This document shows positions 36,768 through 48,605 of a DNA stretch of 64,000 nt, piece after piece. A model generated the notes under the pieces. It saw only the letters and a list, made by a program, of their open reading frames with translations, was not told the DNA's origin and did not search any database. The position numbers were made by a program, and so were the translations under genes. Every line of letters starts with the position of its first letter. Within the stretch, counting starts at the first letter, position 1. The stretch comes from Rhodosorus marinus CCMP1338 (lineage: Eukaryota; Plantae; Rhodophyta): the NCBI GenBank assembly GCA_029953675.1, contig JAMWBK010000003.1:2232001-2296000 (forward strand), in the 5' to 3' direction.

Positions 36768-37599
36768 TTCATTTTTAGGTAGTTTTAAGCCCCGAAGGAA
36801 TCCATTCCCAATTTTGCTTTTAAAATTCCTTCACTTCGATTTAAGACAAAACGTTGAGGGGTTGGGTTGGCAACTAACCAAAATGAAAAAGGGGGCAAAT
36901 ACTTATCAAAATATAGGTCCAGAAGATATATTCGGATTTGCAGAAACCCCTAACCAAACAAAACGGTCATTGTGAAATACGGGTAGGAGCAATGCGGCGA
37001 GATTATTTTTTTTACTATACAACACCAATTGCATGTACTGTAAGCAATATAATTTGTTTCTAAATAAAATAAGATCCTGTATGGTAACGATGTTGAGTGT
37101 AATTACGCGAAATTACGCTTGAGAAAGACATTGCGCAGGTGGGAAACTTTGCGGTTAACTCGTAATAACGGCGTAATTACGATGTATGTCTTTTACCGTC
37201 ACATCAATATTTATTGAAATATATGTACATTAAGTGCTGAAGATACATGGGTTTACGTTTTTCGCTTTTTTTGCAGTGGTTTCGGCTGCGCTCGGATGGT
37301 GTTGAGCAAGAAGATGGAATGGGTGAGGAGTGAAGAAGGGTGCGGACTTGTGCACTAAACTGGATTCTTAGGGCGGGAAAATTTCTGAGGCCGGTTCTTG
37401 GAAGGCGTTTTGGTTTTTTTTCGGAAGGGACGGGAAGTGGGGGGGTGGGTCCGTGTGTGGGGTTCGAGTAGTAACCAGGTTTGAATTTAGTTATCATCGG
37501 GTCAGACGGCTTTCGTCGATGGCCTGATTTCGAGCCTCTCAGTGATCACGTTGGTTTATTTACTGAGCTTTTGTTCAGGCTATCTGACTTTGTTCAAGT

Positions 37600-39835
37600 A
37601 TGTCAAATTCCGACAGCCAGGGACGAGGTTCGGGCGAGTTGCTTGAGCCGGTGGAGATCCACATAGAGGAAGGTTCGTCGTATCGAGATTTGAGCGCTGA
37701 CTCCTGGCTAACTGTTGAGACCGAAGAGGATGATGCCGATCAGAATTTTTTTCCGGAGGTAAGTTTTCAGTTTGTAATCTGGCAGCAATCTGAGCAATCA
37801 CCACCCGCTCACCGAAGTTTCGTAATCACAGCTCGACGATGATGAGTACAAAGAGAATGAATTGTACACATCAGACGGAAAGCGAAGAGTGAACGAAATG
37901 AGCCATCTGTCCTCGGTGGCAGGGAAGTCAGTACTCGATTGCTTAGTTGATGTTTTGGCGGGAGTGAAGGTGCAAAGGAAGAAGAGGCTTCGTTTTAATA
38001 CGTCAGAGCAGTGGCTGTGGGTAACTAGCGACCTGCAGACTCTGCAATCGAAGACCCGTCGGAAACCAGACGCTCCAGAATCTCTTAAACTTCACCAGTG
38101 CCAGAAGCTTAAGGTGGATCAGTGCGGGTTGTCGTTGGAATTTGTTAGCCGGAAGAGGGCGACTTTTACCTTCTCCAATGAACAAGAAGCCAGAGAATGG
38201 TTGACGGGGTTGTCCTTCCTAGTGCCCACTGAGGCTAAAGTATTTGCCAATGGCCAGCAGATGAGGAATCGGCACCTCTATAATCCTGCCAAGGATTCGT
38301 GGCGTGGTAAGCTAGTGGCGGACCGAAAACGGGTTAATCAGTACGTCCTGCTCGGTGGAATCGGCAGAGGAGCGTTTGGAAAGGTCAAGTTGGGTCTTTC
38401 CAAGGAGGACAAGAAGTTTTACGCTGTCAAAATTATTGAGCAAGCTCAGAGACATCATTTTAGCCGGGATAGAATCACCAGCGAGGAGCACGCGATTTTG
38501 AAAAAGTTGCATCACCCGAACATTGTCCGTCACCATGACGTGCTGTATGATGAAGAGAATGACCGGGTAAGCATAAAGAAACTTGCCCTTTTTCGTTTTT
38601 CGTGTTTCAGGTGCATCGTGAAGCTTACCCTGAGCACATTGACTGTATGCACAGATTATTTATGTTGTTGAGTATATGTCTCGAGGAGTAGTTCTTGACA
38701 GTAAGAAGCTAGAGGGAGGCAAACCGATGAGTGAGAATGGAGTGCGGGAGATCGTGCGCGACGTTGTATGCGCTTTGGAGTACTTGCAAAAGCAAAATGT
38801 CGTCCATCGCGATATCAAACCCGACAATTTGCTGAGAGCTGGAGACGGAACCGTGAAGTTGAGTGATTTCGGAGAGGCCAAGTATTATAACTTGAAGAGT
38901 AGAGATGACCGTGGAAAGAATCTTGCTCCTGGGACACCGGCCTTCATTGCACCGGAGATGTGCACATCAGAGGCACTCACGGGCCGACCTGTCGAAGATT
39001 ATTCGGCAGACGTGTGGTCTCTCGGCGCTACAATCTTCTATATGGTACGTTCCCATGTATAGGAGTTATTGCTGCAATCGGTTGTCTAATAGGGCTTGAA
39101 ATGCCACGGCTTGTATAGGTATACGGAAGGGCTCCGTTTGTTGCAAAATCGGTCCTCGATATTTATGAGGCGATAACCAAAGAAAGCTTGCAGTTTCCCT
39201 CCGCACCGAAGGTATCACGGAACCTACAAGACCTTTTGAGTAAGATGCTGACGAAGGAACCTCGGTCCCGGGTGAGACTGGTTGACGTCATAAGCCATCC
39301 CTGGTTTGAAGGGCGCGTCAAACAGAAGGCCAGTATTAAACCGATCAGCGTCACGGACAACGATATCGCAAATGCCATCAAAAAAGCAACCTACGTAGTA
39401 ACCGAATGATCGACAAGGACAGACAGTTCCACTTGCTGCCGACGTAGTAAATCGTCATCAGGACCGTGGGTGATCCTCAAGCTTCTTCAAGACCGCGCTT
39501 CTGAATCTGTCCAATACAAAGTTGTCGCGCTGGTCACTAAGATCGAGCAGGCACAAGACGGAGCCCTATAAGCCTGCTACCTACATGTTGGCGAGTCCTT
39601 GATGCATAGTGGAAGGTTACAGGAAAAGAGAGGACTGATGAATACCAGAGCAACAAGCGAAGGGAGGCAAAGAACCAGCAAGATCCGTTTTTCTAAACAG
39701 CTTGACTCCGGAGAGCAGCTCGATCTCAGCAATCCAGCGGCAGGAATGCATACAACTCGGAGCGGAAAAGCGCCTCGAGCGTCAGGAGTCCTAGATCGGG
39801 AAATCCGTGTCCCTGACTTATTACTCACATTATAG
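37600..39835 (+). CDS. Ser/Thr kinase, CAMKK/GRIK(SnAK)-type, with N-terminal PH-like domain; 3' end uncertain
   Basis: VNQY..LG.IGRGAFGKVKL, AVK, HPNIV, HRDIKPDNLL, DFG, GTPAFIAPE, ADVWSLG..Y.M..G..PF. The upstream domain ends EAREWLTGLSFL, as in PH domains. Confidence 0.85.
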
Positions 39836-40173
39836 AGGCGACAGCCTAACCAGAAGGGAAATCGTTAGTAGTTCCCGATGGGATAAAAAACTCTCAAAGC
39901 GTCACATCGAAATTCGATATGTTTCTCGGAATACATTAAGAAATACTTTTTAAAACTTTTAACCGTAGTTCTTATTGTAGTGACACTTATAAATTCGGAT
40001 TATCTCACACATGCTACCGACGATTAGCACGGGTTTTGAGATCATGAGGACGGGCTGCTAAGCGGTAGAGGAAGGGTGATCTTTGAGGGGCTACGGGTGG
40101 TAGGAAAGTTTCTTCTTCTGAACTCATGTTTTAAGAGAGCTTTCGGCTTAGGTTTCATGGGACCGCGCAAACA

Positions 40174-40896
40174 ATGAATTCGCTTCGAATACTAGGGAAC
40201 GCGTCCAGGAGATTGTTGCATGGGTCGGTGAGGTTGAACTCGAGAGTGCCTGGGACTGAAGCGGTAGGGGCCGCAAATGGAGGAAAGGGGGACAAGGAGG
40301 AGACAGTCGCGATACCGGCGAGTAGAGTGCTTAATTATCCGAGCGCTGAGCCTTATCTCCATTTGCGGAAGGGAAGAAAGAGTATTATCTGTATAAACGA
40401 GGAAGAAGTTATCGCCGCGAAGAGGAAACTGCCATGGTATTTCAAGACGAGCTTTTCAGCCGAAACCGGACGGTGGAACCCCCCGAAATACAGGGCTCGG
40501 GCTAGGAGAAACCTCAGGAAGCGGACTCGTATGGCCGGAAAGGTACGATCAATGTTGGGGAAGCCTTAGCAAGAAGTTGTCTTTGGAAAGCTCCGGTTGG
40601 GATCCCTCTAAACCTTGTTTTTTCTTTAATGGATGCAGGAGTGGCCATGGGATATCCCAAATAAGAAGATGGTAAGGATCGTTCCGTTCAAGGGACTGAA
40701 AAGGTGGCGAGAATCAGACAAGAGGTTTCAGAATATTGTGCTTCAGATGGAGAAAATGCCAGAGAAGATCAAGGAGTATCGTGAAACTAGGCACAAGAAC
40801 GTATCCCTCAGAGTCGCGAACAAGAAGAAGCACGAGTCATTTGTGGAATCAATTCGCGCTAGGATCGAAGAAGCCAAGATGAGAAGGAAGAAGTAA
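40174..40896 (+). CDS. Mitochondrial ribosomal protein mL59 (MRPL25-like)
   Basis: Mitochondrial presequence, F..ETGRWNPPKY..R.R..LRK, then after an intron WPWD..PFKG.KRWRE..R..I...M.KMPEKI.EYR. Confidence 0.75.
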
Positions 40897-41599
40897 CTAG
40901 CGCCGTGTCCGTTTCGGAGCTATCGCTTGCTTCGGTACCGACCTAAATCCGTAGGTGACGATTCTGGACTTTGTTCTTTCATCCTGGTGATTCTGGTAAT
41001 CCTGTTTAATGACGTCATCGTTTATTTATACAGTATACAAAGCATACCGTTTAAGCTGTAGTATTAATTGAAGTTTTCTGATGCTCTCAGTACGTCGCTT
41101 CTATATGGATCAGATTTCTAACCTCTTCAGCAGTTTTCGACGTTCCCATGGTCGTTCACGAGACGTGAAGCTCTAAGCAAGCTCGTTCCGCTCCGCTTCC
41201 TGGTCCGTTCCATACATGAAGTGTCAAAGCAGAATGTAGAGCCTGCTTTCAAGATCCGCTCCACCTGAAGTCCTTAACTCGTCAACTCTCTGTCACGTAG
41301 ATCCTTTGTGAGTGGGGCTTTCTCTCTTGTTTTAGCAGCTGAGTCCATGGACTTCATTATCGGATGAAATCACCCTCTACACATCAACAGAGCTTTCACA
41401 AGCCAACAGATCTCAGTCTGTCAGCTATCGGTGAACTACAACTTTCGGGCCAATTCCGGTATCATTGGACTCGCCGCCGGATTGGTAACATTGGCGATCT
41501 ATGAAGTCTTGGCCAGTCTACAGTAACAGTGGATTCGTTCCTGATACGTCGTTCTGACCAAGAAAAAACTATCACAGAATGTCCATAAATACAAATCTC

Positions 41600-41830
41600 A
41601 CGTTCTTGCCCGAGTAGCTCCATTGTCACATTAGCGATGGATGACTATTCTTGCTCTGGTAACAGTGAATACCCTTCTAGCGCGCGTGACATTCCGCTCC
41701 TTTTTGCGCGGTAACAGTGGACCATTTGGCCCGAGTAGTAACAATCGCTCTTTTATTCGCAGGTAACAGTGGATGATCTTCTGGCCCGAATCGGAACGTT
41801 TGTTGCCCCTCCGCGGCCCGCAGATCCAAT
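41600..41830. repeat. Degenerate 52-bp minisatellite upstream of NPRL2
   Basis: GGTAACAGTG at 41658, 41710 and 41762 (exactly 52 apart), half-unit AGTAACAAT at 41737, and an extra GTAACAGTGG at 41523. Confidence 0.55.
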
Positions 41831-42138
41831 GGAACATTGGTCATGTAAAGGCCCATGATTCTAAAGCCCTTGGTTGATGAGCAGGGCTTTCATAGGACTT
41901 ATCGGGAGCGAGCATGGTACGAAGGGCTGAGCTTGTATTGAAAGCAGGAACTGTTGATTGCTCCTGTGTGTTCTTTGGCATGCGTTTAGCCCTATCGGAA
42001 AGTGGGAAGAGCTAGACACAGAGGACGCGCTTGTCCTGCATTGTGTGTTATTTGTCGGCCTGGAACGTGCTTATAGATGCAAAGGAGCGACTTCCTGAGT
42101 ACGTGGTTAGGAGAGCCTGAGTGCGGGTAACCAAGAAA

Positions 42139-43782
42139 ATGGCAGAACTTGAAGGAATTTACTTTGCAGAATTTGACAACACGATGGGCCCAAAGGTCAC
42201 GTATGAAGCACCTGAAGGGTTGATCAATCCCGAGGTATTGTCGAGCTGAAAAATGATTTAATGTACCAGCGGCGCCAGATCGTTTCTCTCCAGTTGTTTT
42301 TAATTCGCTATTTCTCCGTTTCTCTTTGCCGCTTAAGGTGTTTGACGCGATCTCAGAGTGCATCATCCCAAAGCCATGGCTGTTTGGACGCATGATGTCG
42401 ACTTATGCTTTCGGGAAGACATACCTGGGGATGCCCGTCAATCTTGAAGGCGCTCAATACGAACGGAACCGCATGCTTTTCAACGTTGGCGTCGTTCTAC
42501 ATCCTTCTAGACGCAATCATTCGTCCGAGGTTGCAGTTTATGAACCAGTCATTCGAAAGATTGCGCAGACATTGGAGGCGTTAGAAGCGGAAACCTGCTT
42601 CCTGTCGGATGAGTCCATGAAGGTCAAGGTGAGCTAGCCCTGAATCATTGCGCAGAAAGGAAAGAAGAAAGGGTTTTGTAATTAACGATGGAGAAGAGGC
42701 CTGACGCCTAAACTCTACATGAAACCTCTCCGCAAACCGCTTGTCAAAGGCTGAAGTTCGTTGCTGTTTTTAGCTTGGTGATGTACTTGAAAAGGTTTTG
42801 ACAGGGTTGCGTAAGCATAGCAAGGCCGTCGTACCTATAGACGAAGCGAATATACTGCATCTGGTACTAAATCCGAGGCAGACTTCTCAACCGGTACCAA
42901 ATGTTCGAGAGCATGATGTACCCGTCCCTCTGTGCGATCTTAGGAGGTAGGACTTGCACGAACAAATATGACTGTGAAGTTGCCGTTGAAAAATTTTCTA
43001 AACCGGCAAAGCGCATTTCTTGACCGTCTTTTCAATATACAGGCACGTTGCGAGCGAAAAGGATTTGGTTTTGCGGAGGATTTATCCGTGCATAGATGGG
43101 GTTCGTTTTATCAAGCAGGTGGCTGAGATGGCTGATGTCGATACAGAGCTCGCGATTGAATGTGTTGCGGGTCTAGTTTGCCTGGACTTGGTCCGGCTGG
43201 TTGATATATTTCAGTACTCAAACATTTACGCTGCGACAAAGGATGTTAGGAGGATAGCATCTGATCCTGCCCTACGTGATAAGTGCTTGGCGACAATCCT
43301 CGATCCGGCGGTACGGAAGACTATGACTACGAATGAGCTATTCTCACTTTATGCAGCCTTGCGACCGGGACTACGGTACGAGGACTTTTGTCTCACGAGA
43401 GAGTCAAAACTCATTGGTACGTGGCTTACAGCTTATCGGTTTGACAACACGAACACTTTGTCGAATTTGCTGAGCCAAATGTTTTTGTCTAGGAGTCCAT
43501 AGGCATAGATTGATCACGTTTGGCCTGGTGAACGGGTTGATTCGAAGAGTGCTTCCGTATCCCTTGCACCTTCCGCTTCCCGGCGAGAGCAACATATCGC
43601 AACTCATCGCACAGGAGAAGATGGACGCACAAGCCGGGAACCAACTCAAAACCTTTGAGCTCAGTCTAATGGACGGCAAGAAGTCACTTGACGAACTGTG
43701 CTGTATAGTTAGAGAGCGGGGGCCCGCTGAGCTTGCAGAAGCCATCGCAGCTCATCAACGATGTATTCTTGTATATAAGTGA
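42139..43782 (+). CDS. NPRL2: NPRL2/NPR2, GATOR1 complex subunit
   Basis: IYFAEFDNTMGPKVTYE, FDAISECIIPKP, G.PV..E...YERN..LFN, IDGV..IKQVA..ADVD..L..EC, DIFQYSNIY, ITFGLVNGLIRRV..YP. Several introns. Confidence 0.9.
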
Positions 43783-43955
43783 AGCAAGTCTTAAGTGTGG
43801 GTTTCCAACAACTACGTGCGAACACTCTCCAGGCCAGGACAAGTGACCCGTTCTGAATTCTGAAACAGAACTCAGCAGAGAAGAAGCGCAGCGGTAAATG
43901 CCCAAACGTTGTGAGACACTGCCCTGATTCCACGAGGGGTGTTCACGACATTCGC

Positions 43956-45182
43956 TCAACTAGGGTAGTCTGCATCTACGCTGTTGCTGTTTGTCTTGCT
44001 GCAATGCGTGTTCTCATGTAACACCTTTTCTAGGAGGGGCACCACGAGAGCTGCATCCAACCGGCATAGCGAGCCGAAGAACGAGAGTGGCGAAAGGAAA
44101 CGACGAAGGAAGAACTGGTGTGGTTGAGCAACAAAGTTCAAACGACTGACATGTGCAAGGGAACCGTGGTATGCAGAGCACCTTTCAACGCGTTCGGCAG
44201 GATTCCTCCTGGTGAGGAAGCCTGCCACTCTGGCGCGAACATGAGGATTCGAGCACGTCAGCGTCGACAACCAGAGAGTCAGCCGGCGCATGAGGTCTTC
44301 ATCCCTGTTATCGGCAAGCTGGCTAAAGATGGGCTGGAGATTTAACGACCGGGTACCAGATTTAGACTCGCGCGAAAGGAGCTGCTCGATGTGTTTCTTC
44401 ATCATATCCACTTTTCCAACACGGGCATAGTGGTTGACAAGCTCAACGCGTAAGAAATGCCCCCTCTGCTCGCGCCCAGCGTCCAATCGATTCAAAAACC
44501 GTTCCGCATCGTTCTCTAGTTCGCTGACATCCGAAAGCAAAGGGCTCGGGGCTCTGAGCACGACCTGCAGAACTGCTCGGATGACATTAGCATCCTTGCT
44601 ACTCAAGTTCCTATAAAACTGCAGAGCTGTTCAAGCAGATGAAGAAGTCCTGAGAAACCCATGGAAAAACTGAACATGAGCGGAGAAAGGGTTACCTCGT
44701 GGAGCATTTCCAACGTACGCGAACCCAATGACGATGTCTTTCTGGTGTTCCTGCGGCAAGGGTTCCGGAAGGGCCTTTACCAGTCGGTCCATAGCAAGCT
44801 CTCCAGCTGTTGACTGCGCTTTTATCACCTGCTTCCAGATTGGATCCGTGAGGAACCTCTGATCAACTCTCATCATCACGTCCAGTGATTTCGAGGCATA
44901 CTTGATAGCATTGTATCTATCTAGCTCGTTCATCCTGCGTAGGTAGCACAGGGCAATAAATTTCGCAGGTAGTTGAAGTTTCCATCTTCGCGCATCCCTA
45001 TAGATCCACGAAGTCTCGAAGACGAGCCCTCTACTCGCAGCATTTCCCGCAAGTTCACTCGCAACTTCAAGATCCGGCTTCCATCCATGCAAGATCGCAA
45101 GTCGCCAAGCCTGCAATGCGTTCCCTAGCCCCTTGTTTTCCAAAACCCATATTACCTTCCGCGAGATTCTGTCCCTGGTCAT
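43956..45182 (-). CDS. Alpha-helical repeat (PPR-like) protein of unknown function; 5' end uncertain
   Basis: Two long same-strand ORFs (183 and 216 aa) with helical-pair patterning (ELVNHYARVGKVDMMKKHIEQL) and introns between them. Confidence 0.5.
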
Positions 45183-45619
45183 CAGAGAACCTTACGAGAC
45201 AACAGCTACCACCTGTAACCTACAGGTCCCCAGCGTCGCCAGAACGCTCCCTGCTACGGATCGGAGCTCAGCTTCTGCCTACCAAACGAATGAAGAGGTA
45301 TCCTCCCCAACAACCTTAGATCTGCGAACGTCAGTAGTATCAGTGGCGATCCTCGAACGAGATCTTTTAGAGGATCGGCAGCCTCTGATCTGAAAACTTT
45401 GCAGTTCTGGGCCCTTGCGCGAGACCGATAGCTAGGGCTCCATTGTCACGAAGCCCCACAAAATCGATATCCGACGTCCTCCAAAACCATATTTTGCGTA
45501 GCAAAGCCGCTTCGTCGTCGGAGACGCATCTGCGGTCAAGTACGTCACACCACATGTGAGTCTCGCCAGCTCTTCTTTGATGGTTTGTAGATTTGGAAAA
45601 GTTGATTGTGGGATCCAAC

Positions 45620-45957
45620 TGATCAATGGCGATGGAGCAAACCTGATTCTATCAGAACGTCTTCCAAATACCCGCTACTTCGTCAAGAGATGCTTGTGTA
45701 TCATTTGTCCTGACCCTCTGACAAGTGCAGCTCAGTTGTTATGCACGTTCACAGCCACATTTTGTGGAGGACTTTTTTGTTTTTGGACTACTTAAGATTT
45801 GGAATCGCCGATGGTTGAAGGGTCCAAGCGATCAGCGGCGGAACTTCTTGGAGGTGAAGAACAATGTAGCAAAAACCCCAGCTGATCAGAAAGTCCTCTC
45901 AAAATCCGCTGACCAGGAAGTCGCCCATTTGTCAAGAGCTGGTTTGTGCATCATCGG
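45620..45957. repeat. Degenerate ~100-bp direct duplication, offset ~250 nt
   Basis: On the minus strand, ATGAT(G/A)CACAA..CTCTTGAC..AGCGG..TTT..GAC.TTCTGAT..GGTTT..GCT.CAT occurs at ~45955-45865 and ~45705-45625. Confidence 0.45.
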
Positions 45958-46170
45958 GGCTGATGGCCGTTAAGTACCTCAGCTATAGCAACGGGTTACA
46001 TTCTTGAAAGATCGTTGGTAGATGTTTTGAGAGTCTTGAGGGGTTCACCTGATAAGTGGCGGACGTCTTGTGGGTGGAAGAGCGTGCTTGTGGATGAAGA
46101 AGAAGCGGGATGTAGATTAGCCATCTTGCGTGGTCGGCGCTGTAGGTGGTTTTTTGTTCCTGGTTGAGAA

Positions 46171-47674
46171 ATGGATTCCAAGATTCGCACTCGAGGGAGA
46201 GGTACGAGCGTGGGAGGATACAAGAAACTAGAGGAGGTGATTGGGGACTACCCGGAAAGGGAGAAAGAAGCGAGGGCGCTGTGGAGAGTCTTGGGCAGTG
46301 GTCATGCCGTGGTGGTAACGGGGCCGCCTGCGAGCGGGAAGAGCGCGGTTGTGTCCGCGGTGGTTGGATGTAGTGGAAGGCGTGAGGTACTGGGTGACTG
46401 TGTATCGGCTGGTTCAGATGGGGGGCTGTTTGGTTCTCTTATTCGCCAGCTCGGGCTGAGGACTGCGCATTCGACAAACCTGTCTGCGACGGAGTTTGTT
46501 GAGGCCTTGTCACGGCTTACGGAGAATATAGTGCTTGTTATCGATCGGGCGGAACGGCTCAGAACTGACAGGTTTTCTCCTCAGACGCTGCCAGTCCTCC
46601 TAAAAATCAACGAGTTTGTTGGCACTGATCGTGTGAGGATCGCTCTGATCACTGACGTTCGATGGTCTAGGTTTGTCGAAGAGGATCCTGCACTCCCAGC
46701 CGTATTTTCAGTACCTTTTAGGTCGTATAACCGGGACGACATGCATAAGATCCTCTGTCGCATCGGTCCGAGTGACGAAGAGTGGGTTCACCAATCCGTT
46801 CAGTGAGCCCTTAGCTCTGTCTAGCGTGCGATGCTAAGTACCCACCTTCCTCCTTCGACGGTGTCCAGGTACTCGGGCCTTTCCTCTCTGGTCCTCGACG
46901 TTGTCTTCGGCTGTTGTCGAGATCTCCGCGAGATTGGAAAAGTCTGCGAAAGAATGCTACCAGTGTATTTGGAGCCGCTTAGGGACCGGTCAGTTCAGCG
47001 AGGAGACGGAATTACTCTGTATAAACACCTCCGACCTCACTTGAAGACTGCTGCCCAGTCGCTTTACCGTCGATCACAGGTATGCATATATCACAGAGGG
47101 TTTTATCAAATGCCTTGTCCCAATAGATGGCGAGAGAACTAAAATCGCCCATGGTATCGTATTCTGGCAATTCGGAAATCGGTAGGACGCCCTCCAAATC
47201 GATGACCATCAATCTGTACAGGTGCCAGACCTTCCTTTCGGAGCGAAGATTCTCCTCCTTTCTTGCTATCTTGCGGCAAAGAATCCACCTGGCACAGACA
47301 GGAAGTACTTCGTTGCAAGTGGTCGAGCAGCCAAGCGACGGAGGAGGACCACGTTTGGTCACCCCGTCGACGAAGAAGCGTCCACAAAGTCGAGAACGTT
47401 CCCTCTCGAAAGGATTCTTGCCATCTTAGAAGTCCTCTTGGCCCAATGTGGAGACGACGTCACGGCTCCGTCATTGACTGTAAATAGCTTCGCAACGGCC
47501 GTTCTCGTACAGCTTTCGACACTAACTTCAATGGGGTACTTGTCGAGACAAGGTGACAATCTCACAGACCCCAAGTTTCGGGCGAACATAGAAGATACGC
47601 TGGCGGACCAGGTAGCAAAGACGGTGAAACTTGAACTGACGAACTTTCTCCACCTCTCCGAGAATGGAAGATAA
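46171..47674 (+). CDS. ORC5: Origin recognition complex subunit 5
   Basis: Walker A GPPASGKS, VLVIDRAERL, F.SYNRDD..KIL, CRDLRE, LP..AKILLLSCYLAAKNPP.TDRKYF, FPLERILAI, STL..MGYL. Confidence 0.92.
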
Positions 47675-47792
47675 GAAACTGTGTGTTAAGCTGCATATAT
47701 AACGTCCGAGAGCAGTCTTCAACCGTAACAGATCTCCTTTCCAAACTCAGGCCGAATCGAATTATCCTCAATTCCCGATCAAAACTTTTTCT

Positions 47793-48605
47793 TCACTGCT
47801 TTTGGTCTGCCGTGCTGCTCTTCGGGTTGTTCGTATCCGCCGGTGTAACGACGAATCCAGGTTCTGTGCTTTCCTTCTTTTCACTAGGTTGCACCTCCCT
47901 TCTCTCGACTACCACCAAGCCCATCTGTTTTGCTCGCTTCAGTATCTTCACGCAGATATCTTGCAGCTCCAAATGTTTATCCCGCAAGTTCGTCTGTTTC
48001 GAGATCTTCGAAATTTCGTAGATCTCCTTCACAGTCACCTAAAATAAACCAAAAAAGGTTTTATGATTGCATGAGCTTCGTCGTTTCAAACGTTTGATCA
48101 AGTCTACACAACGCCAACGTCTCCACTCGTACCCATCCGTTGATCCTTCCCGGAACATTTCTTCTCGCTCTGACTCTAGCTGCCTGACTCAAGTAGTGAT
48201 TGTACTGTGGGTTTTTCGTATGCCATATGCAGAAAAAGCATTGCGCTTCAGCTCCTGGAGGATTCACATCGACTGACCGCTTGCTATCCAAGTGGGCAAA
48301 AAGATCAAACCTTGCTCGATGACCATTACCTCAGCCCAATATCTGAAATCGTATTTACCGTGTTCATATATAAACAGATTCACGGTTATCGGAACTCTAG
48401 CCTTCACATCGCGCTGGATCTCGCCTCGTATTGGCCCCCACACAAAATAAACCTCTGTCCTCGGAATCCCAAAGAAGTGAATCAGCTTATTGACGGTTTC
48501 CTCATGATGCCAGTCCTTCACTAATCCAGTGACCAGCTTCAAAAGCCCTACTTTCTTGACCTTCAGCTCATGTACGTCTTTCAGCCTAACTCGTCTCAGA
48601 GCCAT
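47793..48605 (-). CDS. MRPL11: Mitochondrial ribosomal protein uL11m, divergent
   Basis: The C-terminal domain VTVKEIYEISKIK-like..DICVKILKRAKQMGLVVV and PITVNLFIY..GKYDF match uL11. Three predicted exons. Confidence 0.75.

Noticed and set aside
37097-37185. Cluster of AATTACG/CGTAAT motifs upstream of the kinase
   Set aside because: Short AT-rich words, with no statistical test possible here. They could be bZIP half-sites but this is unsupported.
41430-41470. Minus-strand TGIGPKV resembling a helix-hairpin-helix motif
   Set aside because: A stop follows immediately and there is no other glycosylase or HhH context.
41658-41790. Regularly spaced GGTAACAGTG repeats as a CRISPR array
   Set aside because: Eukaryotic context, a core of only 10 nt, spacers that are related to each other, and no cas genes.
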